DNA of 64,000 bases from Polyangiaceae bacterium (lineage in GTDB: Bacteria; Myxococcota_A; Polyangia; Polyangiales; Polyangiaceae). The translations under genes and the position numbers were made by a program. The stretch spans positions 1,450 to 65,449 of the forward strand of contig JAPYTK010000004.1 in NCBI GenBank assembly GCA_029941785.1. The letters are read 5' to 3'. The notes beneath the pieces were generated by a model. The model saw only the letters and a list, made by a program, of their open reading frames with translations. It made no database searches and was not told where the DNA came from. Every line of letters starts with the position of its first letter. Within the stretch, counting starts at the first letter, position 1. This document shows positions 44,102 to 53,412 of this stretch, piece by piece.

Positions 44102-44569
44102 TCAAGGCTGCCGGTCGACGACAGAGGCGAGCAACTCCGCCTCGGCGCACAAGGTGCCGTCCACGCTCGCCTCGCCACGAAAACGCCACACGTTCGAGCG
44201 GTGGTGAAGCACCTCGACGTACAGATCCATCCGATCGCCTGGCACGACCGTGCGGCGAAACTTCGCCTTGTCGATCCCGAGGAAGAACATCAAGTTCGTG
44301 ATGGGGTCGAAAGGCTCGGAAGCGTAGGCCAAGATCCCACCGATCTGGGACAAGGCCTCGATGACCAGGACGCCTGGCATGATCGGCCGCTCAGGGAAAT
44401 GTCCCTGAAAGTAGGGCTCGTTGTAGCTCACACATTTGTGGCCGCGGATGAACTTGGATCGCGCGATCTCGGTGACCCGATCCACCATGACGAATGGAAA
44501 ACGATGGGGCAGCACCCCCAAGATCTGGTGGATCTCAAGCGAGCCAACGTCAGTGTTCAAGTTAGCCAT
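44102..44569 (-). CDS. fabZ: 3-hydroxyacyl-ACP dehydratase FabZ
   Basis: LPHRFPFVMVDRV and FQGHFPERPIMPGVLVIEAL. Confidence 0.9.
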   Translation of the reverse strand: MANLNTDVGSLEIHQILGVLPHRFPFVMVDRVTEIARSKFIRGHKCVSYNEPYFQGHFPERPIMPGVLVIEALSQIGGILAYASEPFDPITNLMFFLGIDKAKFRRTVVPGDRMDLYVEVLHHRSNVWRFRGEASVDGTLCAEAELLASVVDRQP

Positions 44570-44623
44570 GATTCATGAGCGGGTCGTACTCCACAAGACT
44601 AGACCGAAAACGAAGCGATCACA

Positions 44624-45193
44624 CTAGGGAGTGGCGCTCTTTTTGTCGCCGTCCCCCGAGTCCTTCTCAGACGCGTTTCGCCCGCCGGAGTTGTACATCT
44701 GCACGACCATGTCCGTCACGTCGAGATCGCCACGGGCGTAGGGTGCGACCGCCCGGTCGACGACCACATCGAAGCCACGCTTTCGAGCGACGCGCCGGAC
44801 GACCTTGACGAGCTTTTGACTGATCGGAGCGAGCAGCTGCTGCTGCTTTCGTTGCAGCAAGCGGTTAAACTCCACCGTCTTGGTCTGCACGTCGACCACG
44901 CGGCGCTGCCAGTGCTCGTAGCGTCGGGCGAAGGCCGACCGAGAGAGCACCTGGGCTTGCATCTTGAGTTGCTTTTGCTCGCGCTGCAGTTTGCCTTCCA
45001 CCCGCCGAAGTTCGGCCTTCTTGCGCGCGGTGTAATCGTTGAGAGACTTGGCGGCGCGTATGCCGTCTTCGGTCGCGAGCAAGGCGCGCTGCACATCGAT
45101 GACGCCGACCTTGACCTGTGCGCTCGCGCGAGACGCCAACAACAAGCAACCGCACGCGATGACGGCACCAAGCAGCCGAGCCAGACTCTTCAT
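44624..45193 (-). CDS. skp: OmpH/Skp-family periplasmic chaperone
   Basis: Signal peptide, VGVIDVQRALLATEDG, and a long Lys/Gln-rich coiled region. Positioned upstream of fabZ. Confidence 0.8.
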   Translation of the reverse strand: MKSLARLLGAVIACGCLLLASRASAQVKVGVIDVQRALLATEDGIRAAKSLNDYTARKKAELRRVEGKLQREQKQLKMQAQVLSRSAFARRYEHWQRRVVDVQTKTVEFNRLLQRKQQQLLAPISQKLVKVVRRVARKRGFDVVVDRAVAPYARGDLDVTDMVVQMYNSGGRNASEKDSGDGDKKSATP

Positions 45194-46905
45194 GAAATCA
45201 CTCCAAACTTCTTGCCGACCTTTTCGAATCCTTCGAGCGCGCGGTCGAGATGCTCACGCTCGTGGGTCGCCATATAACTCGTACGGAGCACCTGCTGTTT
45301 CGGCGGCACCCCGGGAGTGATGAAGGGATTGACGTAGATCGCGTGGTCATCGAGCAAGCTCTTCCACATCATGACGGTCTTCAGATCGTCGCGAATGTAA
45401 ATAGGAATGACGGCCGTGTCCGTGTTGCCGAGTTCAAATCCCATCCGACGCAATTCCTCGCGCATGTAGGTGAAGTTCTCGCGGAGCTTCTCTTGCCGCC
45501 ACGGCTCCGCCTCCATGATCTCGAGGGACTTCATCGCCGCCGCCACACAAGGTGGAGCTGCGCTTGCGGCGAATAGAAAACTGAAAGCGAAGTGCTGCAC
45601 GTAGTCGAGCACCTTGCGGTCGCCGACGAGCCAACCACCGATCGAGGCGAGCGATTTGGAGAAGGTGCCGCCGATCAGATCGACGTCGTCCACGCAATCG
45701 AACATCGCCGCGGTGCCCCGTCCCCCCGGGCCTATCACGCCGAGCGCGTGAGCGTCGTCCACCAGGATGCGGGCTTCGTGCTTCTTGACGACCTTGACGA
45801 GTTCGTCGAGCTTGGCGATTTCACCCTGCGCACTGAAGACGCCGTCGGTGATGACCAGCGCCCCCTCGGTCTCCTCCAGACCGCTCAGCGCCTTGTCGAG
45901 GGAGGCCGCGTCGTTGTGTCGATAACGGACCATGCGCGCGCCCGCTGCTTGCCCTAACCTCACGCCATCATAGATCGAGGCGTGCACATCCTTGTCGATG
46001 ACGGCCACGCTCTTCTTGTTGGAAAGCAGCGCGCTGATGGTTGCGAGGTTGACTTGATAACCGGTGGTGAAGACGAGGCCTGCCTCCTTGCCATGGTAGG
46101 CGGCAAGCTTCTCTTCGAGCTCGTTGTGCATCCGCATCGAGCCATTGACGAGCCGTGAGCCGGTCATGCTCGTGCCGTATTTTTCGATCGCATCGCGGGC
46201 TGCCTCACGAACGCGGGGATCGGTCGTCAGACCCAGGTAATTGTTCGACCCGAGCATGATGACCTTCTTGCCCTCAAGCATCGCTTCAGGACCGTTGTTT
46301 TGGTCGAGGGGCCGGAAGAAGGGATACACGCCCATCTTCCGAGCGTTGTCCGCAGCCATGAACTTCTGACACTTGTCGAAGACGTCCCGTCCCCCGGATC
46401 GCTGAATGGCCAGCCGCTGGCCCATCTGGCGCGCGAGTCGCTCCTCGGCAGCCTTGCGTCGCTCCGCAGCGGTGCGCTTTTTCTTCGGCTTCTCTTCGGC
46501 CGGTTCGCTTCGGTCCGTCTTGGCCTCGGTCGCAGCTTCTTTCGCCACGCTGCGCGTGGACTTACCGTTGCTGCTCTTCGCCTCGCCCGCAGCGCTCGGC
46601 CCCCGTTCGTCGACATCGACGAAGGTGGCGCCCAATTCATCGTCACTCTGCATCGCCGGATCGATGTGGGGCATGGCGTGGCCATTGATCAGTACGCTCC
46701 ACGCCTCCTTGGCGATCCCTGCCGCATCGCCAACGCGCTGTCGTGCTTCCATCACGCCCGTCGCAAACCGCATGACGCGATCGTTGCTCAACATGCGCAC
46801 CACCTTCGGCGAGCTGGCGAGGTTCTTTCCACGCTCGACCCAGTTCTTCATGGCGGAGCTATGGCCCGGACCATCGGGCGTTGTCAACTCGCCCGCCCGC
46901 GACAC
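45190..46905 (-). CDS. Serine-palmitoyltransferase-like alpha-oxoamine synthase with ~180-aa basic N-terminal extension
   Basis: GSNNYLGL, HASIYDG, the PLP-Lys motif GTFSKSLASIGG, and a C-terminal YVNPFITPGVPP...LRTSYMATH similar to Sphingomonas SPT as recalled. The stop overlaps the skp ATG (ATGA). Start uncertain (GTG 46905 or internal ATGs). Confidence 0.8.
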   Translation of the reverse strand: MSRAGELTTPDGPGHSSAMKNWVERGKNLASSPKVVRMLSNDRVMRFATGVMEARQRVGDAAGIAKEAWSVLINGHAMPHIDPAMQSDDELGATFVDVDERGPSAAGEAKSSNGKSTRSVAKEAATEAKTDRSEPAEEKPKKKRTAAERRKAAEERLARQMGQRLAIQRSGGRDVFDKCQKFMAADNARKMGVYPFFRPLDQNNGPEAMLEGKKVIMLGSNNYLGLTTDPRVREAARDAIEKYGTSMTGSRLVNGSMRMHNELEEKLAAYHGKEAGLVFTTGYQVNLATISALLSNKKSVAVIDKDVHASIYDGVRLGQAAGARMVRYRHNDAASLDKALSGLEETEGALVITDGVFSAQGEIAKLDELVKVVKKHEARILVDDAHALGVIGPGGRGTAAMFDCVDDVDLIGGTFSKSLASIGGWLVGDRKVLDYVQHFAFSFLFAASAAPPCVAAAMKSLEIMEAEPWRQEKLRENFTYMREELRRMGFELGNTDTAVIPIYIRDDLKTVMMWKSLLDDHAIYVNPFITPGVPPKQQVLRTSYMATHEREHLDRALEGFEKVGKKFGVIS

Positions 46906-46913
46906 GAAACATT

Positions 46914-46942
46914 TTGCGAGCCAAGTCGCGTTAAGGTAGAAT
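46914..46942 (+). promoter_or_regulatory. Candidate sigma-70-type promoter of the NtrC-like gene
   Basis: TTGCGA-N17-TAGAAT. The -10 element ends 13 nt before the ATG at 46956. Confidence 0.45.
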
Positions 46943-46955
46943 TTATTTCATAGCT

Positions 46956-48317
46956 ATGAAACGCGTCTTGGTCGTCGATGATGAGGAGAGTTTGCGGCTC
47001 GTCCTTCGTACCTTCTTGAAAAGAAAGGGATATCAGGTTGAACTCGCTGAAAATGGCGTGGCCGCGCTGGCCATGGTCGAGAGCTTTGGACCCGACTTCA
47101 TCATCACCGACGTCCGCATGCCCAAAATGGGGGGTCTCGATCTGCTCACGACACTCCGCGCCAAGGGCAACCTCGCCACCGTCATCGTGATGAGCGCCTA
47201 CGGCAACGTCGACCTCGCGATCGAGGCCATCAAGTCCGGCGCCTACGACTACGTCCAAAAGCCGTTCAAGAACGACGAAATCCTGCTCACCCTGCGCAAA
47301 GCGGAAGAGCGCGAGAGCCTGCGTCGAGAGAACCGTGTCCTACGCGAACAGATGGTCAAGGAGAACGTCTTCGAGAAGATGATCGCAAAAAGCGAAGCCA
47401 TGCTCGACATCTTCCGAACCATAGCGAAAGTCGCGGAGTTCAAGACGACTGCCCTGATCACCGGGGAGAGTGGTGTCGGCAAGGAACTGGTGGCGCTCGC
47501 CCTCCATCAACGCTCCGCACGGCGCGCTCACTCCTTCGTGGCGGTCAACTGCGGCGCGATCCCCGAGGCCTTGCTCGAGAGCGAACTGTTCGGTCACCAA
47601 CGAGGCGCCTTCACCGACGCCCATCGCGATCGGGCGGGGCTGTTCGAGCAAGCCGACCGAGGCACACTCTTCCTGGATGAAATCGGGGAGCTACCGCTCG
47701 GACTTCAGGTCAAGCTCTTGCGTGCACTTCAAGAAGACACCATTCGCCGGATCGGGGATTCACGAGACATCAAGGTGGACGTACGCATCGTCGCTGCGAC
47801 CCACCGAGATCTGACCGCGGAGGTCAAAGCCGGCCGCTTCCGCGAAGATCTTTTTTACCGCATCAACGTGCTGCACATCCACGTCCCGCCTCTGCGCGAG
47901 CGACGCGAAGACATCGGCCTACTCATCGATCACTTCCTCGAACGGAACAACGCGCGACTCGGGACGGACATCCACCGGATGCACCCCGACGTGAGACGCT
48001 TGCTCAACGAGTATGGCTGGCCTGGCAACGTGCGAGAGCTTGAGAACACGCTCGAGCGAGCCATGGTCCTGACCGACGGTGACGTCTTGCTCACCAGCGA
48101 TCTCCCAGAACGGATCCATCAGGCACGCGATCCCATTCGCCTGCACCTGGGAAGCGACGAATTGTCGATCAAGAAGACCTCGCGAATCATCGAAGAAGAA
48201 CTCATCCGGCGTGCGCTGCAGAAAACCGGCGGCAACCGTACCCACGCCGCGAAGTTTCTCGAGATCAGCCACCGCGCGCTGCTCTACAAGATCAAGGACT
48301 ACGAGATCGAGCTGTAG
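46956..48317 (+). CDS. NtrC-family sigma-54-dependent response regulator (REC-AAA+-HTH)
   Basis: REC (VLVVDDEE..., DFIITDVRMPKMGG), Walker A GESGVGKE, GAFTDA variant loop, and a Fis-type HTH. Confidence 0.9.
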   Translation: MKRVLVVDDEESLRLVLRTFLKRKGYQVELAENGVAALAMVESFGPDFIITDVRMPKMGGLDLLTTLRAKGNLATVIVMSAYGNVDLAIEAIKSGAYDYVQKPFKNDEILLTLRKAEERESLRRENRVLREQMVKENVFEKMIAKSEAMLDIFRTIAKVAEFKTTALITGESGVGKELVALALHQRSARRAHSFVAVNCGAIPEALLESELFGHQRGAFTDAHRDRAGLFEQADRGTLFLDEIGELPLGLQVKLLRALQEDTIRRIGDSRDIKVDVRIVAATHRDLTAEVKAGRFREDLFYRINVLHIHVPPLRERREDIGLLIDHFLERNNARLGTDIHRMHPDVRRLLNEYGWPGNVRELENTLERAMVLTDGDVLLTSDLPERIHQARDPIRLHLGSDELSIKKTSRIIEEELIRRALQKTGGNRTHAAKFLEISHRALLYKIKDYEIEL

Positions 48318-48320
48318 GGT

Positions 48321-49982
48321 CTAGAACTGAAAATACACGAAGGGGACGGCCTCGGCGCTCGCCGATTTGTGCAAAGCAAAAGCGATGAAACACAGAGCCA
48401 GTGCCTGCACGTAGGCTGGCGCGGCAATGAAGATCTCGCGCGCGCGGTCGTAGAGGCGGCGGGGGGACCACTGCAAGACCAAGGCTCCGAGGATGACGAG
48501 CAATACGTTCCGATGCAGGTTGGGTGTGTAGGTCGTCACCGTCAGCAGGCGTTCGTACATCGCCCAAGCCTTGTCCAGAGAAGCGGCCCTAAACATCGTG
48601 AAGGTCAGGGCGGCGAAAGTGAAGTTCGCCGCAACACACAACACCGCCATCGGCCCTCGCAAGCTCTTCCCAGCCAGCGCGACGAGAATCGCCACGACCC
48701 AGCCCCCGATCACGAGCGACAGCACCATCAAGGACAAGCCCGGTCGACCCATCGCCAGCGCGATCCGCCATACGAGCAGCATGCCCGCCCCCGAGACGAT
48801 CAAGGCCCCCGCGACCGTCTTGGTCTTCAGGCCGTTCTTCAGCTCCTCCTGGAACCAATGCGACACACTGAGCGCGAGGCCTTGCACGCAGCCGAAAACG
48901 AAATAAGTCCAGGCCGCGCCATGCCACACCCCGCAGATCAACATGGTCATGAAGATGTTGAAGTACTTGCGAAGCCGCCCCTTACGACCACCACCAAGTG
49001 GAATGTAGACGTAGTCGCGTAGCCAAGTGGAGAGCGAGATGTGCCAACGGCGCCAGAACTCCACCACGTTGGTCGACTTGAAGGGCGCATCGAAGTTGAT
49101 CTTGAAACGATAGCCGAGCAGCAAGGCCGAACCGATCGCGATGTCGCTGTAGCCAGCAAAGTCACAGTAGACTTGCACCGTGTAGCCATACATCGCGGCC
49201 ATGGCTTCGATCGAAGAATAACTGGTCGGCTCGGCGAACACCCGATCGACGAAGTTGACGGCGATGTAGTCTCCAATCACGACCTTCTTGAAGAGGCCCG
49301 CCGCGATGAGGAACAAGCCCTCCCCACCGGTCTGTGACGTGAGTCGAGTCTTGCGCTCGAGATGGGGCAGCAGATCGCGGCCGCGAATGATGGGCCCCGC
49401 CACCAGGTGGGGAAAGAAGGAGATGTAGGTCAGGTAGTTGAGGTAGCTTCGGCAAGCGGGGATCTCTCGCCGGTACACGTCGACCACATAACTGAGCGAC
49501 ATGAAGCAAAAGAAGGAGATGCCAATGGGCAGCTCGACTCGGAAGTGAATGTCAGGAAGCTTCACGCCGAGAGCGGCATCCGCCAACCAGATGACCGTGT
49601 CGGCGCCCCAATTCCAGTACTTGAAGAAGACGAGGATCCCGACGTTGACCAACACGGTGGCGATCAGCATGGCTTTGCGCCGCTTGGGGTCGTCGATGCG
49701 GTCGAGCCAGACACCGAGGTAGAAATCGATACTCGTCGCGACGTAGAGCAAGGGCACGAACTTCACGCTCTGCAGCACTTCTCGCCAGAACACTGCGCCC
49801 TCGGCGGCCAGCAAGCGATCAAAGCCGACGAAGGTCCAGCCCGCGTAAAACACGTAGCTCGACACGAGCAGAAAGCCGAGCCGGAGACGGCGCCACGGAG
49901 CCAGCAGCCACGACGCGGTAAAGACGATGGCGAAGAAGTAGGCGTAGCTGATCGTGTTGAAGAGCAAGCTGTTGCGGTTCAT
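48321..49982 (-). CDS. MBOAT-family membrane O-acyltransferase (AlgI/PatA/DltB-like)
   Basis: FWRRWHISLSTWLRDYVYIPLGG, a catalytic His region (CGVWHGAAW), and more than 10 TM helices. The ATG at 49982 is preferred. Confidence 0.85.
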   Translation of the reverse strand: MNRNSLLFNTISYAYFFAIVFTASWLLAPWRRLRLGFLLVSSYVFYAGWTFVGFDRLLAAEGAVFWREVLQSVKFVPLLYVATSIDFYLGVWLDRIDDPKRRKAMLIATVLVNVGILVFFKYWNWGADTVIWLADAALGVKLPDIHFRVELPIGISFFCFMSLSYVVDVYRREIPACRSYLNYLTYISFFPHLVAGPIIRGRDLLPHLERKTRLTSQTGGEGLFLIAAGLFKKVVIGDYIAVNFVDRVFAEPTSYSSIEAMAAMYGYTVQVYCDFAGYSDIAIGSALLLGYRFKINFDAPFKSTNVVEFWRRWHISLSTWLRDYVYIPLGGGRKGRLRKYFNIFMTMLICGVWHGAAWTYFVFGCVQGLALSVSHWFQEELKNGLKTKTVAGALIVSGAGMLLVWRIALAMGRPGLSLMVLSLVIGGWVVAILVALAGKSLRGPMAVLCVAANFTFAALTFTMFRAASLDKAWAMYERLLTVTTYTPNLHRNVLLVILGALVLQWSPRRLYDRAREIFIAAPAYVQALALCFIAFALHKSASAEAVPFVYFQF

Positions 49983-50063
49983 AGCAGACCCGCCGACCGC
50001 GGGCCTAGTCGCTGCGAGCGCTGGGAGGTGGCCCACGAACAACACAGCGGCTATCCTCCGCAG

Positions 50064-51810
50064 CATGTCGACGGGTCAGCTCATCCTGCTCATCACCGCC
50101 GCCGGGCTGCTGCTTTGGCGAGCCTTCGTGCTGGTGACGAACCGAGGGACCCCGGAGAACGACGACGATCCGAATTACCCCGATCCAAAACTGCAGCTCG
50201 ACACCCAGAAGACGGCTCACGAGCTGTTTGGTGAGCTCGACTCGACCCTGGCGGTCGACCACGACGCCGACGAACGTTACCTCCAAGAAGGAGGTGGCGA
50301 TCCGGTGGTCAGCGAGGCCATGCCAGTGGCGCAGAAAATGATCATGACGGGCGCGCTCGTCTGGTTCGTGGTGGCGCTTCCCTACGTGGTGCCAGGCCTC
50401 GAGGGTTTTCAATTGTTGTCGGCCGGAGCCGCGCCGAGCCCGGCCGCGCCGTCCGAACCCGTTGGCGGCCCGCTTCCCTCCGCCTCGGTGGGCGAGGCGA
50501 AACTCCCTGGCGCCACACAAGATCAACAAGCGCGGGGCAAAGAGCTCGATGCCCCAATACCGGACAGCCGGGGCCCCATCGCCCGCGGCGGCAAGTCCGA
50601 CGCGCCGGAGATCTCAGCTGCCGTGGCCGCATTGAGAGACAAAGACGGGAAGCTCAAGATTCGTCACAGCATCGACGACTTCTCGGGTAAAGGGCTCGAC
50701 AAGTTTTTGTCGAAGCTGGCTCGAGTCGACCGAAAAGAGAAGGGCGCGATCGCGCGCATCCAATACTATGGCGACTCCATCGTCGCCTCGGACTTCGTCA
50801 CCGGCAAACTGCGGCGCCTGCTGCAATCACGCTTCGGCGATGCCGGTCACGGCTACGCGATCATCGCCAACGCCTGGCCGGGCTGGTTTCACATCGACGT
50901 CTCGCGCAAAGCCTCCGCCGAATGGAAAGTCAGCACCTGCGTGGGTCCTTACGCCAAAGACGCACTGTACGGCTTGGGCTGCGCCTCGTTTCAGAGCTAT
51001 CAGGCAGACGTGTGGACACGTTTCGGCACGTCGAGCAGCGACCGCTGGGGGCGCGAAGTCTCACGCTTCGAGGTCGAGTACCTCGCCCAACCAGGCGGCG
51101 GCTCCGTGGAGGTGAAGATCGATGGCAAAGTCCGTGAGCCACTCGACACGAACGCCGCAGAGACGCGGGTGGCCTACCGGAGCTTCGACGTGCCGGACGG
51201 GCCGCACGATTTCGAGCTGCGGACGACCAGCGACAAGGCAACCCGCCTCTTTGGGATCCGCATGGAGCGCGACACGCCTGGCGTCGTGCTGAGCGCCGCG
51301 GGGATCACCGGAGCGCGCGTGCGCTTCCTGGACAAACAAGATGATCAGCACTTCGGGCGAGTGTTGTCGGCAGCCAAGCCCGATCTGGTGGTGCTGGCCT
51401 TCGGCTCCAACGAGGTCACCGATGGGCTGCTCTATCCGATGGACAAGTTCCGCGAGACGCTCGGCGCGGTGATGGCGCAAATCGAGGCCGCCGTGCCCGA
51501 TGCCTCCTACATGCTCGCAGGTCCCCCCGACATGGCCTCGAAGAACGCGGCGCACGGGCATTCCCGCGCGGTGGTGCCAATCATCGTGAAGAATCAGATC
51601 CAGGTCGCCAAGGAGCGCGGCTGGGCCTTTTGGAACCAATACGCAGCGATGGGCGGCGCCGGGTCGATGTGGGCCTGGATGAAGGGTGGCCTCGGATCGC
51701 AGGACATGTTTCACCCCACCGGACAAGGGGGCAACCTGCTCGGCCGGTGGCAATATCAAGCCATCGTCGAGGCCTACACAAAATACCTCGCGCGCACGAA
51801 AGCGCCATGA
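50064..51810 (+). CDS. Membrane-anchored SGNH/GDSL-like hydrolase or acyltransferase partner protein
   Basis: N-terminal TM helix. SGNH-like blocks YYGDSIVASD, LAFGSNE and DMFHPT. About 200 aa are inserted between blocks I and III. Divergent from the MBOAT gene. Confidence 0.6.
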
Positions 51811-52349
51811 CTCGGAAGGACGATAGCCCCCCGGCCGCCCGACCAGGTCGAACCGTCGTGCGCCGGGAACTCCGGCGAGTCGCACGTGCCTTCGCCGACG
51901 AACTTCTCAGCACGCTGGACGACCTGGGCGTGTTCGATCCTGAAGCAAAAATACCGGCTCGGGCCAAGCGCGTGCGGCGGTCCGATCACAACCTCGACGA
52001 GCTGTCGGTGCGCATCATCGCGCTCATGAATCACTATGGCGAGGCGCTGGCCATCAGCGACATCGCGGCTGGCTTGGAGCTCAGTAAGCGGGATATCGCC
52101 CACCCTATCGCCCAGCTCGTCGCGGCGGAGAAACTCGTTCAGATCGGCGAGCGACGAGGTGTTCGCTACGTCCTGCCCACCAAGGGTCCGCGCAAAGCTG
52201 CCGTGGGGCCCCGGCGGAGCCGACACAAGAAACCACGCGCCAAAGCCCCTGCAGCCAAGAAGGCCACCGCCAGGAAACCCACCGCCAGGAAGCCCTCCGC
52301 CAGAAAGCCCAGCTCACGCGGCGCAAGCTCCAAGAAGCGGCGCCGCTGA
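51807..52349 (+). CDS. Winged-helix-like DNA-binding protein with histone-H1-like Lys/Ala/Pro tail
   Basis: wHTH-like LAISDIAAGLELSKRDIAHPIAQLVAAEKLVQIGERRGVRYVL. Tail KKPRAKAPAAKKATARKPTARKPSARKP. ATGA overlap with the SGNH gene. Confidence 0.5.
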   Translation: MTRKDDSPPAARPGRTVVRRELRRVARAFADELLSTLDDLGVFDPEAKIPARAKRVRRSDHNLDELSVRIIALMNHYGEALAISDIAAGLELSKRDIAHPIAQLVAAEKLVQIGERRGVRYVLPTKGPRKAAVGPRRSRHKKPRAKAPAAKKATARKPTARKPSARKPSSRGASSKKRRR

Positions 52350-52353
52350 CACA

Positions 52354-53286
52354 ATGGAGCTAGTCTGCATGTCGATGCTTATGCGTGCCACCTCGATGTT
52401 TGCCACCACCCTTTGCGCCGCGCTCGCGGCACCAAGCGTCTGGGCGCAAGCGCCGCCACCTGGGCGGTTGCCGCCGCCTCCACCACCCGGATACGGACAG
52501 CCTGCTCCTTCGCCAACTCCACCGCCAGGTTACGGACAGCCTGCTCCTCCGCCAACTTACGGACAGCCCCCACCCGGATACCGACAGCCTCCCCGCGGCT
52601 ACCGACAGCCTCCGCCTGGCGCCTACGGTTACGGCCCCCCACCGCCGCGCGACAAACCCAAGAGCTGTTGCTTGTTCTCGGCTCGCTTCGATCCCTTCGA
52701 TCTGATCTTCAGGCGTGTGAGCTTCGAAGGCGAGGTCGCGCTCGGGCCGCTGCCGCTCAGTGTCGAGATCGCACCATCGTATATCTTCGACTCGCCCAAT
52801 GAGGGCTTCGAGGAAAAGGGGTTCAGCATTGGCGGAGGCCTCGTGTGGTACGTGCAAGGCAAAGCGCTGCGCGGCTTCTTCGTCAAAGCACACGCCGCCT
52901 ACGAACAATTCAGCGCCACGATGTCTCGCGAAGCAGGCGGGCAGATCGCGGGCAAACCGAACCCCGAGCTGTGCGACGCGGACTCCGCGACGGGCACCTG
53001 CAAGAAAACGCTCGGTAGCGCCGTGGTAGGCGCCGCCCTCGGCAGCAGCATGGTGTTTGGCAAGGGAGGCGGCTTCGCTCTGACCGGCAGCATCGGGATC
53101 GGCGTCGCCCTGGGCGATCCGGTCAAGCTCCAGGTCGATGCCTGCACACCAACCGACGTCGCCGAAGACAGCCCGCATTGCCCGAGCGCCGAGGCCGTCG
53201 GCACGCCCGGGATCAGCCGCACCTACTACGACAAGGCCGGCAAGGTGCAGCTCCTCGGCTCGCTCGGACTCGGCGTGACCTTCTAA
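52354..53286 (+). CDS. Secreted protein with Pro-rich PPGYGQP repeats and a C-terminal beta-barrel-like domain
   Basis: Signal peptide ...ALAAPSVWA. Repeats PPGYGQPAP. The C-terminus ends LGLGVTF, an OMP-like terminal Phe. Confidence 0.5.
   Translation: MELVCMSMLMRATSMFATTLCAALAAPSVWAQAPPPGRLPPPPPPGYGQPAPSPTPPPGYGQPAPPPTYGQPPPGYRQPPRGYRQPPPGAYGYGPPPPRDKPKSCCLFSARFDPFDLIFRRVSFEGEVALGPLPLSVEIAPSYIFDSPNEGFEEKGFSIGGGLVWYVQGKALRGFFVKAHAAYEQFSATMSREAGGQIAGKPNPELCDADSATGTCKKTLGSAVVGAALGSSMVFGKGGGFALTGSIGIGVALGDPVKLQVDACTPTDVAEDSPHCPSAEAVGTPGISRTYYDKAGKVQLLGSLGLGVTF
52486..52640 (+). repeat. Imperfect tandem repeats encoding P-P-G-Y-G/R-Q-P units
   Basis: TACGGACAGCCTGCTCCT is exact at 52492-52509 and 52531-52548. 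Degenerate copies follow (TACGGACAGCC at 52558, ACCGACAGCCTCC twice). Confidence 0.85.
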
Positions 53287-53412
53287 CCGACCGAAGAAGA
53301 CCCGCGTCACGCCCACGCATACAAAATGACAGCGCGCCCAGCCGTTGAGCTGAGCGCGCTCTTAGGAGCGACGTAGCGATAAGAGCGCTACGCGCTTCGG
53401 GCGAGAGACGAC

